DNA from: Eledone cirrhosa
Lineage: Eukaryota
Length of the DNA stretch: 64,000 bases
Direction: 5' to 3'
Assembly: GCA_964016885.1 (NCBI GenBank)
Contig: OZ024740.1
Span: 263,872,001-263,936,000 of the forward strand
This document shows, piece by piece, positions 1 to 16,329 of the stretch; position 1 is the first letter of the stretch, and each line of letters opens with the position of its first letter. The position numbers were made by a program, and so were the translations under genes. The notes under the pieces are model-generated. The model was not told where the DNA came from. It saw only the letters and a list, made by a program, of their open reading frames with translations, and made no database searches.

Positions 1-256
1 AGAGCCATTACTTTTCCGAATAGAGAGTTCAAACCTCCGATACAATGGGAAGTGTTTAGAATGTCTCAGGAAAATATCGCTGGACGGACTTTACGGGCAA
101 AATCAACCGGAAGGAGACCCAGGGGTAGACCACGAGCAAGATGATTGTATAACGCCCATAAGCTTGTCTGGTCTCGTTTGGGGATCCAGCTGGATCAACT
201 GGAGAGGGTTGCGTCTCACAGGACCCACTGGAAGGCGTGTTTGAGAAGTCTGCCTA
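1..256 (+). mobile_element. RTE-clade LINE, 3' end fragment of ORF2
   Basis: Manual translation gives EPLLFRIESSNLRY..VFRMSQENIAGRTLRAKSTGRRPRGRPRAR*L...LGIQLDQLERVASHRTHWKACLRSLP, with the G-R-RPRGRPR-RW and A-DR--W signature of RTE C-termini. Confidence 0.75.
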
Positions 257-1737
257 CATAAATATCTCAGGAATATGTGGACGAAGCGGTATTAGTGAAA
301 TTCTGAAATCAGAAAATCCCTTCTATTTTATAGTTCCAAACTAACTTATACAATTTTATCATCATTTTGGACAATTCAAACCATTATTAGTTTCCATAAA
401 TTTTATTGTTCCCTATTTACTGAAATATACACCTGAGATATAAGGTTTCATTCTTCACAGCGGCCGATGACGACTACTTTTTCCGCCTTTCAAAGACTTC
501 CTCCTATAAGTTATTGTATAGCATCTCCCCGCATGAGAACTCCGTTCTTTATATTTACTTTATCCCTCACGGCTTTGTAAACTTTTAAAAGATCAGCAGA
601 CGATGTTTGTCAATATTTTAATATTTACTTTTATAGTTGTTTATCTTCAGCTAATCCCAGATTAAGAGGACCATATTATCGAACATGGTGATACATTTTC
701 TGGACGGTTGAATACTATTTTAGAAGGTCAATCACATTACGCCCATAAAACCTATAAATAAATAAGTAATAGACTAGAATTACTGTAACATTATGGTAAA
801 TTATTTGTACTTTAATTGTAGCTTTTATATTGTGTATGTTCTATATTCTGATTTTGCAACTGACTTTGGAAACTCAACATCAGGAATGATATAGTGAATT
901 GGCGATGTGTCATAGTGACCTAAACAGTATTCCGATAATTACAACAGTAATGAGCTTTCTTCTACATTAGGTAAAATTTATGCGAGTCAAAAGAGTATTG
1001 TTTTCATTTAACGATTAAAACTACTGCAATTTTCTGAAATCGCTAATTTCAGTGACAAAGCATGTATTTCAACAATGACACATTTCCACTCCCTCAAAAT
1101 AGAGGTGTTTTATACCTAATTCAGAAGATAATTTTTCTCTGGAATTTCAATTCACATGCTTTATAATATATATTTGTAATTGGAAAAAAATATATAATTT
1201 CACTTCTTAGACATAATATTCCTAACATATAGTTATACAGATGGCCTTATACACATCGCCTTAGGCGTTTTTCTATTGCTAAACCGCTTTATATTTAATT
1301 CATTTACATCAAAGATAGTCTCAATCTTTCTTCCATTTTTTTTCATTTATATATCTACTTATGTTTACATCAATTTTATTTGAAATAAGGAACTATAAAT
1401 TTATGCCAGGCAATTATCGTGATTATTATACTAAGGGTTAATTACGTTCTTAACCCAACTGAACACCCCTGCAATGTAAAAAAGAAAACAATAGTAAAAT
1501 AACAAAATGATGAATGACACGATGAAATGTTCTGCGTGCAATACCAGGCCGCAGTAAGTTAATGACCGAACGTAAAAATTTACCAGATTTTGCAGGAAAA
1601 AAAAAATACGCAACACAAATGCTAACATTTACATGTACACTTTAACACACACATCTCTCTCCCTTTCTCTCTGTCTCTTTTTTTTCCTCTCTCTCTTTCT
1701 TTCTCTCTCTCTATCTCACTCTCTGTCACACACACAC

Positions 1738-1769
<32 letters not shown>

Positions 1770-1852
1770 TATATGTGTATATATGTATATATGTATATAC
1801 ACATATATATATATATATGTATATATATGTATATATATGTATATATATGTAT

Positions 1853-1892
<40 letters not shown>

Positions 1893-2356
1893 CGTAGTTT
1901 AGAAAGCCACAACAATGCAGAGGGAAATCTCGAGGTAGGAAGTGAATGATAGATAGGAGAAATAGGATAAAGTGAAAATTGAGAGAGACAAAGATGAAAA
2001 CAAAACAAAGGTAGAAGGGTTACCGTAGTGGAGATTTAATCCCAATATTTCGGGCTCACGTCCATCAACGGGGGAAAGTTCCAAAAGGGGGGGAAACAAG
2101 CTAAGCGGAGAAAGTTGTGATGTCGTTAAAACAGGAATGCCGTTATGGGGAGAAAAATTATTTAAAATTTAAATGAGGGAAAGAATGCGCGTGCGCGTGA
2201 TAGGCTGTGGCAAAAGCTACTGACCAAATAGGTTAAATCAAGAGGGTGCGCTAGCGTGTGAAAGCCGTAAAATATGTGTGTGTAAATATATATGTGTGTG
2301 TAACTGTGTGTGTATATGTGTAAATGTGTATATGTGTGAGTGTGTGTGTGTGTGAA

Positions 2357-2358
<2 letters not shown>

Positions 2359-2454
<96 letters not shown>

Positions 2455-2487
2455 ATATATATATACTTATATATATATTTATATATA

Positions 2488-2568
<81 letters not shown>

Positions 2569-2583
2569 GTATATATATATATA
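2359..2583. repeat. (TA)n microsatellite
   Basis: Direct reading. It is the source of spurious IY ORFs. Confidence 0.97.
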
Positions 2584-2712
2584 TTTAATATAGAAATGGC
2601 TTCTACAGGAGTAGAACTGTTTTATTCGAAGGATCAGGCATTTCTATATTAAATATTCATAACCTGCTATGTATTGAGTACCCTACTGTGGTTAGCCCGA
2701 TTGAACTCGCGA
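2584..2712. mobile_element. Short fold-back PLE terminal fragment (family F1)
   Basis: ttaatatagaaatg...catttctatattaa inverted arms. Homologous to 27360-27522, 35218-35265 and 55618-55774 (shared aaggtactcaatac and ttaatataga..ttctac.gg..tagaactg motifs). Flanked by microsatellites. Confidence 0.6.
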
Positions 2713-2823
2713 CACACACACACAGGCACACACACACACACACACATACACATACATACGCACGCACGCACACATACATATATATAAATACATGTGTGTG
2801 TGTGTTTGAATGAATATATACAT

Positions 2824-2871
<48 letters not shown>

Positions 2872-2876
<5 letters not shown>

Positions 2877-3104
2877 AACGAGTAGGACGGCGACGGCGGA
2901 GCTCAAGCGGTTTCGACGGCTAATTCTGGACTAAATGAACATTTTTATCCTGGTATTTTCATTTAGTCCAGAATTAGCCGTCGAAACAGCTTGAGATCAG
3001 CCGCCGGGGTCCTACTCGTTCCTATTACCCACTCTAGTACCCTAAGTATTGAGTACTTTGGTGCGTTATGGTCCACCTGATTCCTTACCACATTTCATTC
3101 GTTA
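2872..3104 (+). mobile_element. Fold-back PLE pseudo-LTR fragment (family F2), inversion centred on a hammerhead stem-II-like hairpin
   Basis: Arms at about 2873-2938 and 2958-3025 (taggaacgagtaggac...gtcctactcgttccta), plus a tail of about 80 nt. Near-identical copy at 53606-53800 and short arm only at 56492-56548. All sit in (TA)n. Confidence 0.7.
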
Positions 3105-3232
3105 TATATATATATAATTATATATATATATACATATATACATATATAATTATATATATATATTTATATAATTATATATATATACATATATACATATATA
3201 ATTATATATATATATTTATATATTATATATAT

Positions 3233-3317
<85 letters not shown>

Positions 3318-3367
3318 TATATATATATATATAATTATATATATATATATAATTATATATATATTAT

Positions 3368-3404
<37 letters not shown>

Positions 3405-3520
3405 ATTATATATATATATATATATAATTATATATATATATATATATAATTATATATATATATATATAATTATATATATATATATGATTATATATATATA
3501 TAATTATATATATATATATG

Positions 3521-3556
<36 letters not shown>

Positions 3557-3562
3557 TATATA

Positions 3563-3656
<94 letters not shown>

Positions 3657-3657
3657 A
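3105..3657. repeat. Interrupted (TA)n then (TG)n array
   Basis: Direct reading. Confidence 0.95.
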
Positions 3658-4419
3658 ATGTGTATGTATATACACACACACATTAAACATATCTGTGAGA
3701 TGCTGTTTCAATCTTTATGCGTGCGATATAGTAAGGATGTGCTTTCATATTTTCACTTCATTACCGAGTGATCCGCCTACGGTAAAGTCACTTTGTTCCA
3801 GAAAAGAAAATGTCTTAAAGAAATATCTTAACTGCTTTCGCTAAAATTTCTCCTCCGCTTCCAGCAATGGTTGGCTGGCTGTACTGAAGCAAATTTAGAA
3901 TACGTTAGATGAAATGGAATGGTGTACAATGTTATGGGGTAGAGTGGTAGGAAAATGGCTATATGTTTAATCATAATTTATAAGAAGACTTGGGAATAAA
4001 TGACAGTTAATTGACCGGGAAGATTCGCTAGCTTTTGATGTGGAAATATATTGTATTGCTGTTTTCTTTTAATATTTTGAGTTTTGACTTTAGATCTCGT
4101 ATATATTTTCTTTCTTTTTACGTTCTAATTTATCTATGGCTTACTTGATTAAATTCGTATAAGGAAAGGGATAAAAAAGTGATCGACTCTTATTGTGTAA
4201 ATGTAGACTATCTATTTAACATTGTAACATCGTCTGAAAGTCCAAGAAGTTTCTGTTATATAAAATTAGGAATTATCGTAGAGTCAGAAATGGAAATGTT
4301 CCTATTTACGACCATTGTCTCAATTCATGTGTGACTGAATTCGAATATTTCGTTTTAACAACACATCTTACGTAATACATTTTTAAGTAGGAAATGTTAA
4401 TTGACCGTATAAAGAACAG

Positions 4420-4965
4420 GTATGACGGTGGCATTCGAACCATTGCAGTGGGCAACGTTTTTCGGCGACTTGAAGCCAAGATAGCTGTCAGGTCAGTCAT
4501 TGATGGCCTGGGTTTGATATTTGGCCCTATCCATCTCGAAGTGGGAGTTAAGTGCAGATGATCATGTGGCCAGACACTTCATAGAGCACATGTCTCTTCC
4601 GTCACCTCACCTAGTGAAGCTGGACATTAACCGCTTTGGGCGGGATCACATTTCAGAGACATGTCTAAGACTTCCTCACTCATTGTACCGTCTCACTTAC
4701 CTCTCTTTTGTCACACCCTGCACACTCATGCCCACGGACAAACGGATAACTTCCACCACTGGCGTCCAGCGTTGGATGTTGGTGACATCCCCCACTCAGT
4801 CCTCCAGCCATTCAGTCTGATACTAGGATAATGCGACTCTGGGATGCTTGGTCCAGTCTGTTGCGGAGGACTTCCATCTGGTCATCCCTGCTCTAAGACT
4901 TCTTGGAATGGAGATCAACCCAATCATGTCTTAGATCGTCAATGTAAGATACGGTGATGCAGTGA
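4420..4965 (+). mobile_element. CRE-clade (early-branching non-LTR) reverse transcriptase fragment, degenerate
   Basis: DGGIRTIAVGNVFRRLEAK (RPIAVG..FRRL.AK), LVKLDI, TSTTGVQ, Y*DNATLG..V.ED......LRLLGMEINP (YLDD.TLG...GL.LN). Contains stops and deletions. Confidence 0.7.
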
Positions 4966-5075
4966 TATCATTACCTGTAGAAGATATAATGATGAAACAA
5001 TGCGTCTCTATACCAATAATTTTCGCTGTGTAGTATACCCATCATGGTAGCCAACATATAAACAGGTTGTAGATA

Positions 5076-5149
5076 GAAGAAGAAGAAGAAGAAGAAGAAG
5101 AAGAAGAAGAAGAAGAAGAAGAAGAAGAAGAAGAAGAAGAAGAAGAAGA
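5076..5149. repeat. (GAA)n microsatellite
   Basis: Direct reading. Confidence 0.97.
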
Positions 5150-5899
5150 AAATACGGTTTTCCAAATAAATTGCAGTATTCCAAAACCCACTATAATACA
5201 TGTTGTAGATAACAAGAAATGACATAAAACTATAGATTATAACACCCTAACCTACGAAGTTTTTCGTCGTTAGTATTACAATTATCCTCAGAGCAAGTTT
5301 TGTATTTTGTCACATTTATAGTATTCAATGAAATTTGTCACTCGAATATATTTTTCATGTATCTAATTGATCGATAATTCTTTGTTTTCTTTCTTTGCGT
5401 TTAACACCCTCGTACTCTATCATTTCTCAAATAGTCGTTGTTTTTTTCTTAAAACTCACACCTCAATATTATCTACTCATCTCCCATTACAGAAACTGTT
5501 AGACTGAAAATTTATAATTTAAAAGCTATCCAAACAATTTTTCTTCAAATTTGTAACTTGCAAACATGAGAAATATACAAAATAATAGAAAGAAATATTT
5601 AAAAATGTAATGACCATCATCATTGACAGCATCTATTTCCCTGATTACTTATTTTAAAAAGCTCACCTGTTTGTGTAAGATCTCAGTAGATAAGGCAGCA
5701 TCTATTTGCAAGAAAACAGATCACTTTAGGTTCAATTTCATTGTATTGTCTTCGTTAGTTTTCCAACTCAACTTATTACATAATTTTTTTTTCTGGCCAC
5801 GTTTCTGTTTGAGATATTCGAGTACAACACTCAACTAGTTTAAACGAGAACCAACCATAATGAGTGTTGATTATCCGCCTACTTATTGTTTAGTTCATC

Positions 5900-5965
5900 T
5901 AGAAAACAAATTATACTATATAGAAAACAAATTATACTATATAGAAAACAAATTATACTATATAG
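5900..5965. repeat. 21-bp tandem repeat, 3 copies (tagaaaacaaattatactata)
   Basis: Direct reading. Confidence 0.9.
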
Positions 5966-8187
5966 TAAACTTGATAAATAAATAGCACTGTCACTTCATA
6001 TAGTAACGAGATACTATGCCTAGCAATGTATAGATGCAGTTTGGTGGGCTGAGCCATACAGATTTGAATATCTTTATCCTGCACAAATAAAAGCGCAAGT
6101 ATCCTTATACCAACAATTATGCCCTTCATTATTCATTTCTTGATTTTCTCCGCAGTAATTCACATGTATCATTACGCCTTCTAGTGTAAATAATAGAAAA
6201 AGAATATAAGAAATACAATATAGAGACATTTTTCCATACAAAGCAGTGTCAGAAATTTGAACTTTACAAGAGGGTCGTTTGTTTGTAATGATATTGTACT
6301 TGTTAGCAACATTATTTTTTTTTAAATGGGCGGAAAACTTATAAATAATCACGTATGAAATAAGAGTATTTGGTCTTCTAGTTCCCCGAGGCTCACAGCA
6401 GCGGGCCATAGTTTCTCCTAAGCAAGGTTGAGAAAGGATGTAATTTGGTTGTAGGGCCGCTATCCATATCCCGTAAAAAGACCCCTTCACCACAGAAATC
6501 GCAATAATAATATAGCATTGTAAATAATGGTTTCAAACCAAAAATGGCAAACACTAAAGTGTGAGTTAATGGCACAAACAGATCATAATTCGATTATCAA
6601 ATGGAAAGTTTTCTTGTTCATATATAGAAGAGGGGTAGTTAGGAGTAGATATATATCTCATATGATAGATTCAAAGGAAATAATAGGTAAACTAAATTGC
6701 GAAGTATTTTCTGGGGGAAGTCCTGTCTATATATGTAACAGAGGCTCTAAAAGTAGTTAGCTGTAGAAAGTAAGTGCACAGAGTGATCACATATGTCAAT
6801 GGATGTAGTAGATATTTTTCGTTAAATACATGATTTAATGAGAGCAGAATACGAGTGTGTTTGAAGTTCAATGATACTAGAAAGAAAAAAAAAAGAAGAA
6901 AGAAAACAATGTCAGGCGATATCTCTTCTGGCATCAAATAAGTGTTTTCTGATCCGTTGTGGATAATCCTGTTTTCTCTGCTCAACCCTTATCGAGAAAA
7001 CATACGACGAAAGGCATTCAAACATAACCATCACCTTCTTCGGGAATACGTATGGTTACATTGTCTAAAGAGTCATTTTCTCATATACGACAGAACGGGA
7101 TTTAAGGGAAAGATTGCAAATGATTCAGATCATTTTTACTGGAAAGATAGCTCGTTTACATAAAGGAGAAATACCGAGTTATGATATTTTGTAGTAACTG
7201 AACCTTGGACGCAACGTTGAAGTGCAAGCGAGATTTGATTGCAATTTAAAGGGATTTTCATGTTGTATACCAACAATTAAATAATCCAATGATGCTTTTC
7301 ATTTCTGAAACAACTGATTATTATCCGAGTAAGGTTGACTGCAATTTAATGTTTCATAATTTATCGTCTTAGAAATGAAAAGAGTAATTGATTATTTAAT
7401 CGTTGATATCTAATATTTGAAATATTGAATATAATGTTTACGGCTGGAATCTATATAAGCATAGGTGTGCTCAATGACGCTAAACAAAAGACAGAGGAAC
7501 AACAAAGGATTTTGTCGTACAGTAGACAGTAAACCTGGTCGTTCATAAGAAGTGTGATGCGAAATATTCGATAAGACATGAAATGTTTTCAGAAGCTGGA
7601 GAGAGATGAATCATATTTGCCTTTGTATTTCATCGGCAAATATTTAGTTTCAAGTTGTGAAAAAGTAATAAAATCTTACATTTTGCAGATGAATTAGAAA
7701 GGAATACTGGACACTGATATTCAATTCATCTCTCTCCAGCTTCTAAATATATTTCATGTATTATCTAATATTACGCATCACATTTCTTATGAAAGATCTT
7801 GTATACTATCTGATGGATGAGTAAATATTGATTAAACATTTAATAAATATTTACTCTTTTGGATTCTGACTGTTTATATACATTCTTACATAAAATCCTA
7901 CCAAGGTAAACATTGTATATCGTTTTACCAGGATGGATTATTAAAATTCCCAATCACGTACTCAGGTCAATATATATTGAACTCCTTCTCCTAACATGCA
8001 TTCGCATCAAAAAAAAAAAAAATCATGCATGTTCCCGTAAAACATGAAGGAATCATAGGGGCACCACATTGACATACGGCGTTTCTAGGTTATTTTTATA
8101 GCTGGCGGATCTCACCTCCTCCTCAAGTCTGAACGCAGCAGATTTTTTCCAGAGACGAGTAGAGAATGAGAACGATATATAACGGAA

Positions 8188-8346
8188 GAATCGATCCCTG
8201 TACTAGACTAGTCATTTTTTATCGACTTTGAAAAAATGAAAGGCTACATTAACCTCGGCGGGATGTGAACTCGCAGAGTAAAGAAGAGGAATCTATAACG
8301 TAAACCATTTCATCCAACCTTCTAACGACTCTGCCTAGTCGTCACC
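8188..8346 (-). mobile_element. Old, degenerate tRNA-derived SINE
   Basis: ttttatcgac...atgaaaggc.acattaacctcggcgggatgtgaactc matches the reverse complement of the SINE copies at 18329 and 57498. Confidence 0.7.
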
Positions 8347-8506
8347 TTTAGCGTCTAAATCAGAAACAGTTGATGATATGATGAGCACAAATAGTAGAAA
8401 GGTACCAAACTAACTACTTTCAATATATCTAATTTCATTTCATTGTGTCCTAAGTTCAAATATGACATGATTTCATAAATTAATAATTATATTTTGTGTG
8501 TGGGTG

Positions 8507-10621
<2,115 letters not shown>

Positions 10622-10649
10622 TAGTACTCGAGCGGTCTCTGTCCCTCAT

Positions 10650-10842
10650 TGTCGCTGCCATGTCCTCAGATGGTGGATGGGTGCTACACGAGAATGCTGA
10701 GGATGGCTCTGAACATTAATCAGTATACACTGAGAGAAAAAAACTCAGGGCTGTATGGGAGCATCCCAAAAGTCAGCTGAAAAGTGACACAGAGGAGACT
10801 GAGGTAAGCTGGACATGCTCACCGACATCCAGAGTTGACATT
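10650..10842 (+). mobile_element. RTE/RTEX LINE 3' fragment
   Basis: [18 protein letters not shown]...[27 protein letters not shown]. Confidence 0.75.
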
Positions 10843-10843
10843 G

Positions 10844-11775
<932 letters not shown>

Positions 11776-11776
11776 T

Positions 11777-11885
11777 GCGATTAAATTGCAATGAAATATG
11801 ACTGCTAATTCTAGCGGTTCAAGCGACTGAGTAGATTCCCTCTAATCTGGGTCCTAAAGGAAACTCCTGCTAACTGCGATGCGAG
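11777..11885 (+). repeat. Dispersed repeat of about 110 bp (second copy 15618-15727)
   Basis: Both copies share aaatatgactgctaattctagcggttcaagcgactgagtagattcc...gtcctaaaggaaactcctgctaact. Confidence 0.8.
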
Positions 11886-12014
11886 AATGTATGATGTATG
11901 TAGATGTATATATGTATATATATATATATATTAATATATATATCCATGTATATATATGTATATATAAATAGTATATATTTTAATATCTGATTGATTCTAT
12001 AGACATGTTTTATG

Positions 12015-13016
<1,002 letters not shown>

Positions 13017-13087
13017 AGAAAAAGAGATGAAATCGAAAATGCAACTGGAGTCTTATTTTTTTTAAAAATATATATATTGATTTGGTT

Positions 13088-13125
13088 CCTTTACCGGTTT
13101 CGCAGTTCTTCTGCTTTTCAAAAGG
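13088..13125 (-). ncRNA. Minimal type I hammerhead ribozyme, U3-A8 core variant, within a PLE end fragment (13013-13160)
   Basis: Minus strand reads cctt-UUGAAAA-gcag(aagaa)ctgc-GAAA-ccgg-UA^-aagg. Stems I and II pair and stem III is palindromic (accggt). Same family at 55464-55550 and 56853-56930. Confidence 0.65.
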
Positions 13126-13179
13126 TGAGTTGAGATGGAGGGTCTGTGTTTTTTCTCAAATATGAATATATATATATGA

Positions 13180-13216
<37 letters not shown>

Positions 13217-13262
13217 TGTGTGTTTATATAAACATATATACCTTTGTGTATGTGTGGTTGGA

Positions 13263-13364
<102 letters not shown>

Positions 13365-14199
13365 TACTTGTGTTTGTGTGTATACTTGAATGAATGTGTG
13401 TATTTGAGTGTGTGAGTGCATGTATGTATGTCAGATTTTAGTGCTTACTTATTTGAAAATCAAAACATCACAAACTAAACCAAACAGAATGATAATTAAA
13501 CAATGTCACACTATTGGTTGGGGACAATGTTGTAGATTACTTCACAGACATTTGAAATCAATATATTTACTGTGTACTGTCACAGACAAAGCATTATCTT
13601 CAATGTTTTGCTCCAGTCTTACAGATATAACGCCACCGATAAGAACCTTTTCCCCAATGCTTACACGTTTTCCTTTATGATAAGATAGTTCTTGTATTGT
13701 GTTTTTCCGATAAAAGCTAGGTGTCACATCATAGTGGCTTCTCAGCTGTTTATATAAATGTGAGGAGGGTGTCTGGAGTCGTGTGTGAAAGAGAAAGAGT
13801 CACTGAATATGTATATGCATAAGTTTGTGAGTTGTGAGAATTTCTATATGTATGTGTATATGGTCTGAACCTAAAAACGAAAAGTTTCCATGAAAGAGGT
13901 TTGAGTGAGTTTGTATTTACAGAAACTATATATGATATTTTTGATGGTATTGTTGATTTTTCATTGTTTTATTGTCGATTTATAAAAACAAACCAAGAAC
14001 GTAAGTTAGAGTGTTGCAGGTGTCTCTGTGTAGTTAAAACGTATCACAACCACATGGTCGGCATTCGATTACACTACATGATAGGTAAGTAATTGACTTT
14101 ACCACATATTCGTGTTGACTAGTATCTGATAATTAAGGTTTCTGGACGGCGGTAACTACAAAGTTATTGTGTTTGTGTGTATCTATATATGTTTGAGAT

Positions 14200-14248
<49 letters not shown>

Positions 14249-14249
<1 letters not shown>

Positions 14250-14433
14250 CTAAAGAAATTAAAGAAATTATTTAGCCTGATAGTGGGGTTAAGAACCCTC
14301 GGAGAAATGGAAAAAGATGAGTATCGACGTACATGTATGTACATGTATGTACATGTATACATCTTTTTCTATTTCTCCGAGGGTTCTTAACCCCACTATC
14401 AGGTAAACCCACTCGCTGTTTCGAAAATATTCT

Positions 14434-14437
<4 letters not shown>
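14249..14437. repeat. Fold-back element between (TA)n arrays
   Basis: Arms cctgatagtggggttaagaaccctcggagaaat.gaaaaagatg (14278-14320) and its reverse complement (14360-14403). Confidence 0.8.
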
Positions 14438-14489
<52 letters not shown>

Positions 14490-14800
14490 ATACTTGGGGA
14501 GGGTCATATTTGTGTAATATTGCCAGAATTAATAACAGAACACACTCACTGTTTGGTTGGTTTTCGCTTCTCGCTGTCTTTTATATCTGCGATCTAACTT
14601 AATCGGTCCTCAATGTTGCCATTGACCGACCGACGGTCAAAAACAACACAGACACAATACAGACACATACACATATATATAGTTTACACAACTCACACAA
14701 ATCCCTCGCTGCACATCTGCAACATCGCCAGTGGTGTTATATTTCTTCCTCCTGCCGTGCTGCATGTCCACGCCATTTTTTTTTTATTCAGTCTGTCTAT

Positions 14801-14833
<33 letters not shown>

Positions 14834-14884
14834 AGTATATATATATACATGTATATATATATATTTTTTATTCAGTCTGTCTAT

Positions 14885-14917
<33 letters not shown>

Positions 14918-15025
14918 AGTATATATATATACATGTATATATATATATTTTTTATTCAGTCTGTCTATATATATATAAGTATATATGTATATATAAGTAA
15001 AATATGTATATATAAGTATATATAT

Positions 15026-15109
<84 letters not shown>

Positions 15110-16124
15110 GTATGTACAGTCTTTCCTCGCTTGAAAAATCTTCACGCACAGGAATTGCACGATACCATTAATTGATAAATATTAATAGTGTTATATCGTG
15201 TAATGGGCGTACACGATAACGAGTGGGCAACTATCATGTGTGTACGTACGTAAATACGTACGTATGTATGTAAGTATGTACGTATGTAAGTATGTACGTA
15301 CGTATGTATGTATGTATGTATGTATGTATGCGTTCGTATCTGTGTGTGTCTCTCTCGTGAGTGTACTTGTCTGTGAACGTGCATCTCCCTTGAGATATTG
15401 GTTCCGCCTCTTTGAGCTCTGGGTGATAAACGTAATCCATCGCATGGGTCATTGCCTCGAGTGGCCCTTGTGTGCATGCATTCTAGCCATATACATGTAT
15501 TAAGGAAACCACACATTCCTACATCTTCTTCAATCTTTGAAATGTCCGTCTTACCTTGTTTGAATAATGAAAATGTCGGCATTGTTACAACAAAACTATT
15601 TTCTAAAAACTTTTATCTGCGATTTAATTTCAATAAAATATGACTGCTAATTCTAGCGGTTCAAGCGACTGAGTAGATTCCGTCAATTTGTGTCCTAAAG
15701 GAAACTCCTGCTAACTATGATGCGATAATATCAATGTTGTCGATATGTTGTACGTCCGTCGGATCCGACAATGCGAGTTCCAGTAGTGCAAATAGACATG
15801 CCTTAAATCCAAAGATGAGCGTTGCTGAGAAACATTCACTCGTAATGTTGTACACAGGGAGACACAAGTGTGACCTGTTGTATTTGCAGGGACAACTAAT
15901 CTCGGACTGAAGCAAGGGGAAGTAAATTGTCTTACTTATGTTTCATAACTTTACCTGTAACCGAATATATATATATATATATATATATTAGGTATTAAAT
16001 TAACGATGAAAAAAAAAACAAAAAAACAAAGTCAAGTTATTTTACCTATTCATATCATTGTTTTACGATCGTTTCGGAGGGTCGATCATATTGACATATT
16101 GTCTGATCTATAGCAGATATATAA

Positions 16125-16309
16125 CTGTTTCTACTTTAGGCACAAGGCCAGCAATTAACAAGTGCATTACTGGTACTTTATTTTATCGACCCCGTAAGGA
16201 TGAAATGGAAAGTCAACCTCGGCGGGATTTGAACTCAGATCCTAAAGGGACGTAACTATGCTGGAAAGCATGGTGTCTGACCCTCTACCGATACTGCCAA
16301 TCCACTCCC
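16125..16309 (-). mobile_element. tRNA-derived SINE with 14-bp TSD
   Basis: TSD tagcagatatataa at 16111-16124 and 16310-16323. B-box gagttcaaatccc is on the minus strand. Confidence 0.9.
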
Positions 16310-16329
16310 TAGCAGATATATAAATGTAT

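Noticed and set aside
1431-1468. Strong minus-strand acceptor (ttttcttttttacattgcag) followed by GVFSWVKNVINP*
   Set aside because: Isolated, with no recognisable protein and no linkable exons. Such signals arise by chance in AT-rich DNA, and RNA-seq would be needed.
5667-5701. Possible 35-nt minus-strand micro-exon (tag|...cag|gtgagc, DAALSTEILHKQ)
   Set aside because: Too short to support without transcript or homology evidence.
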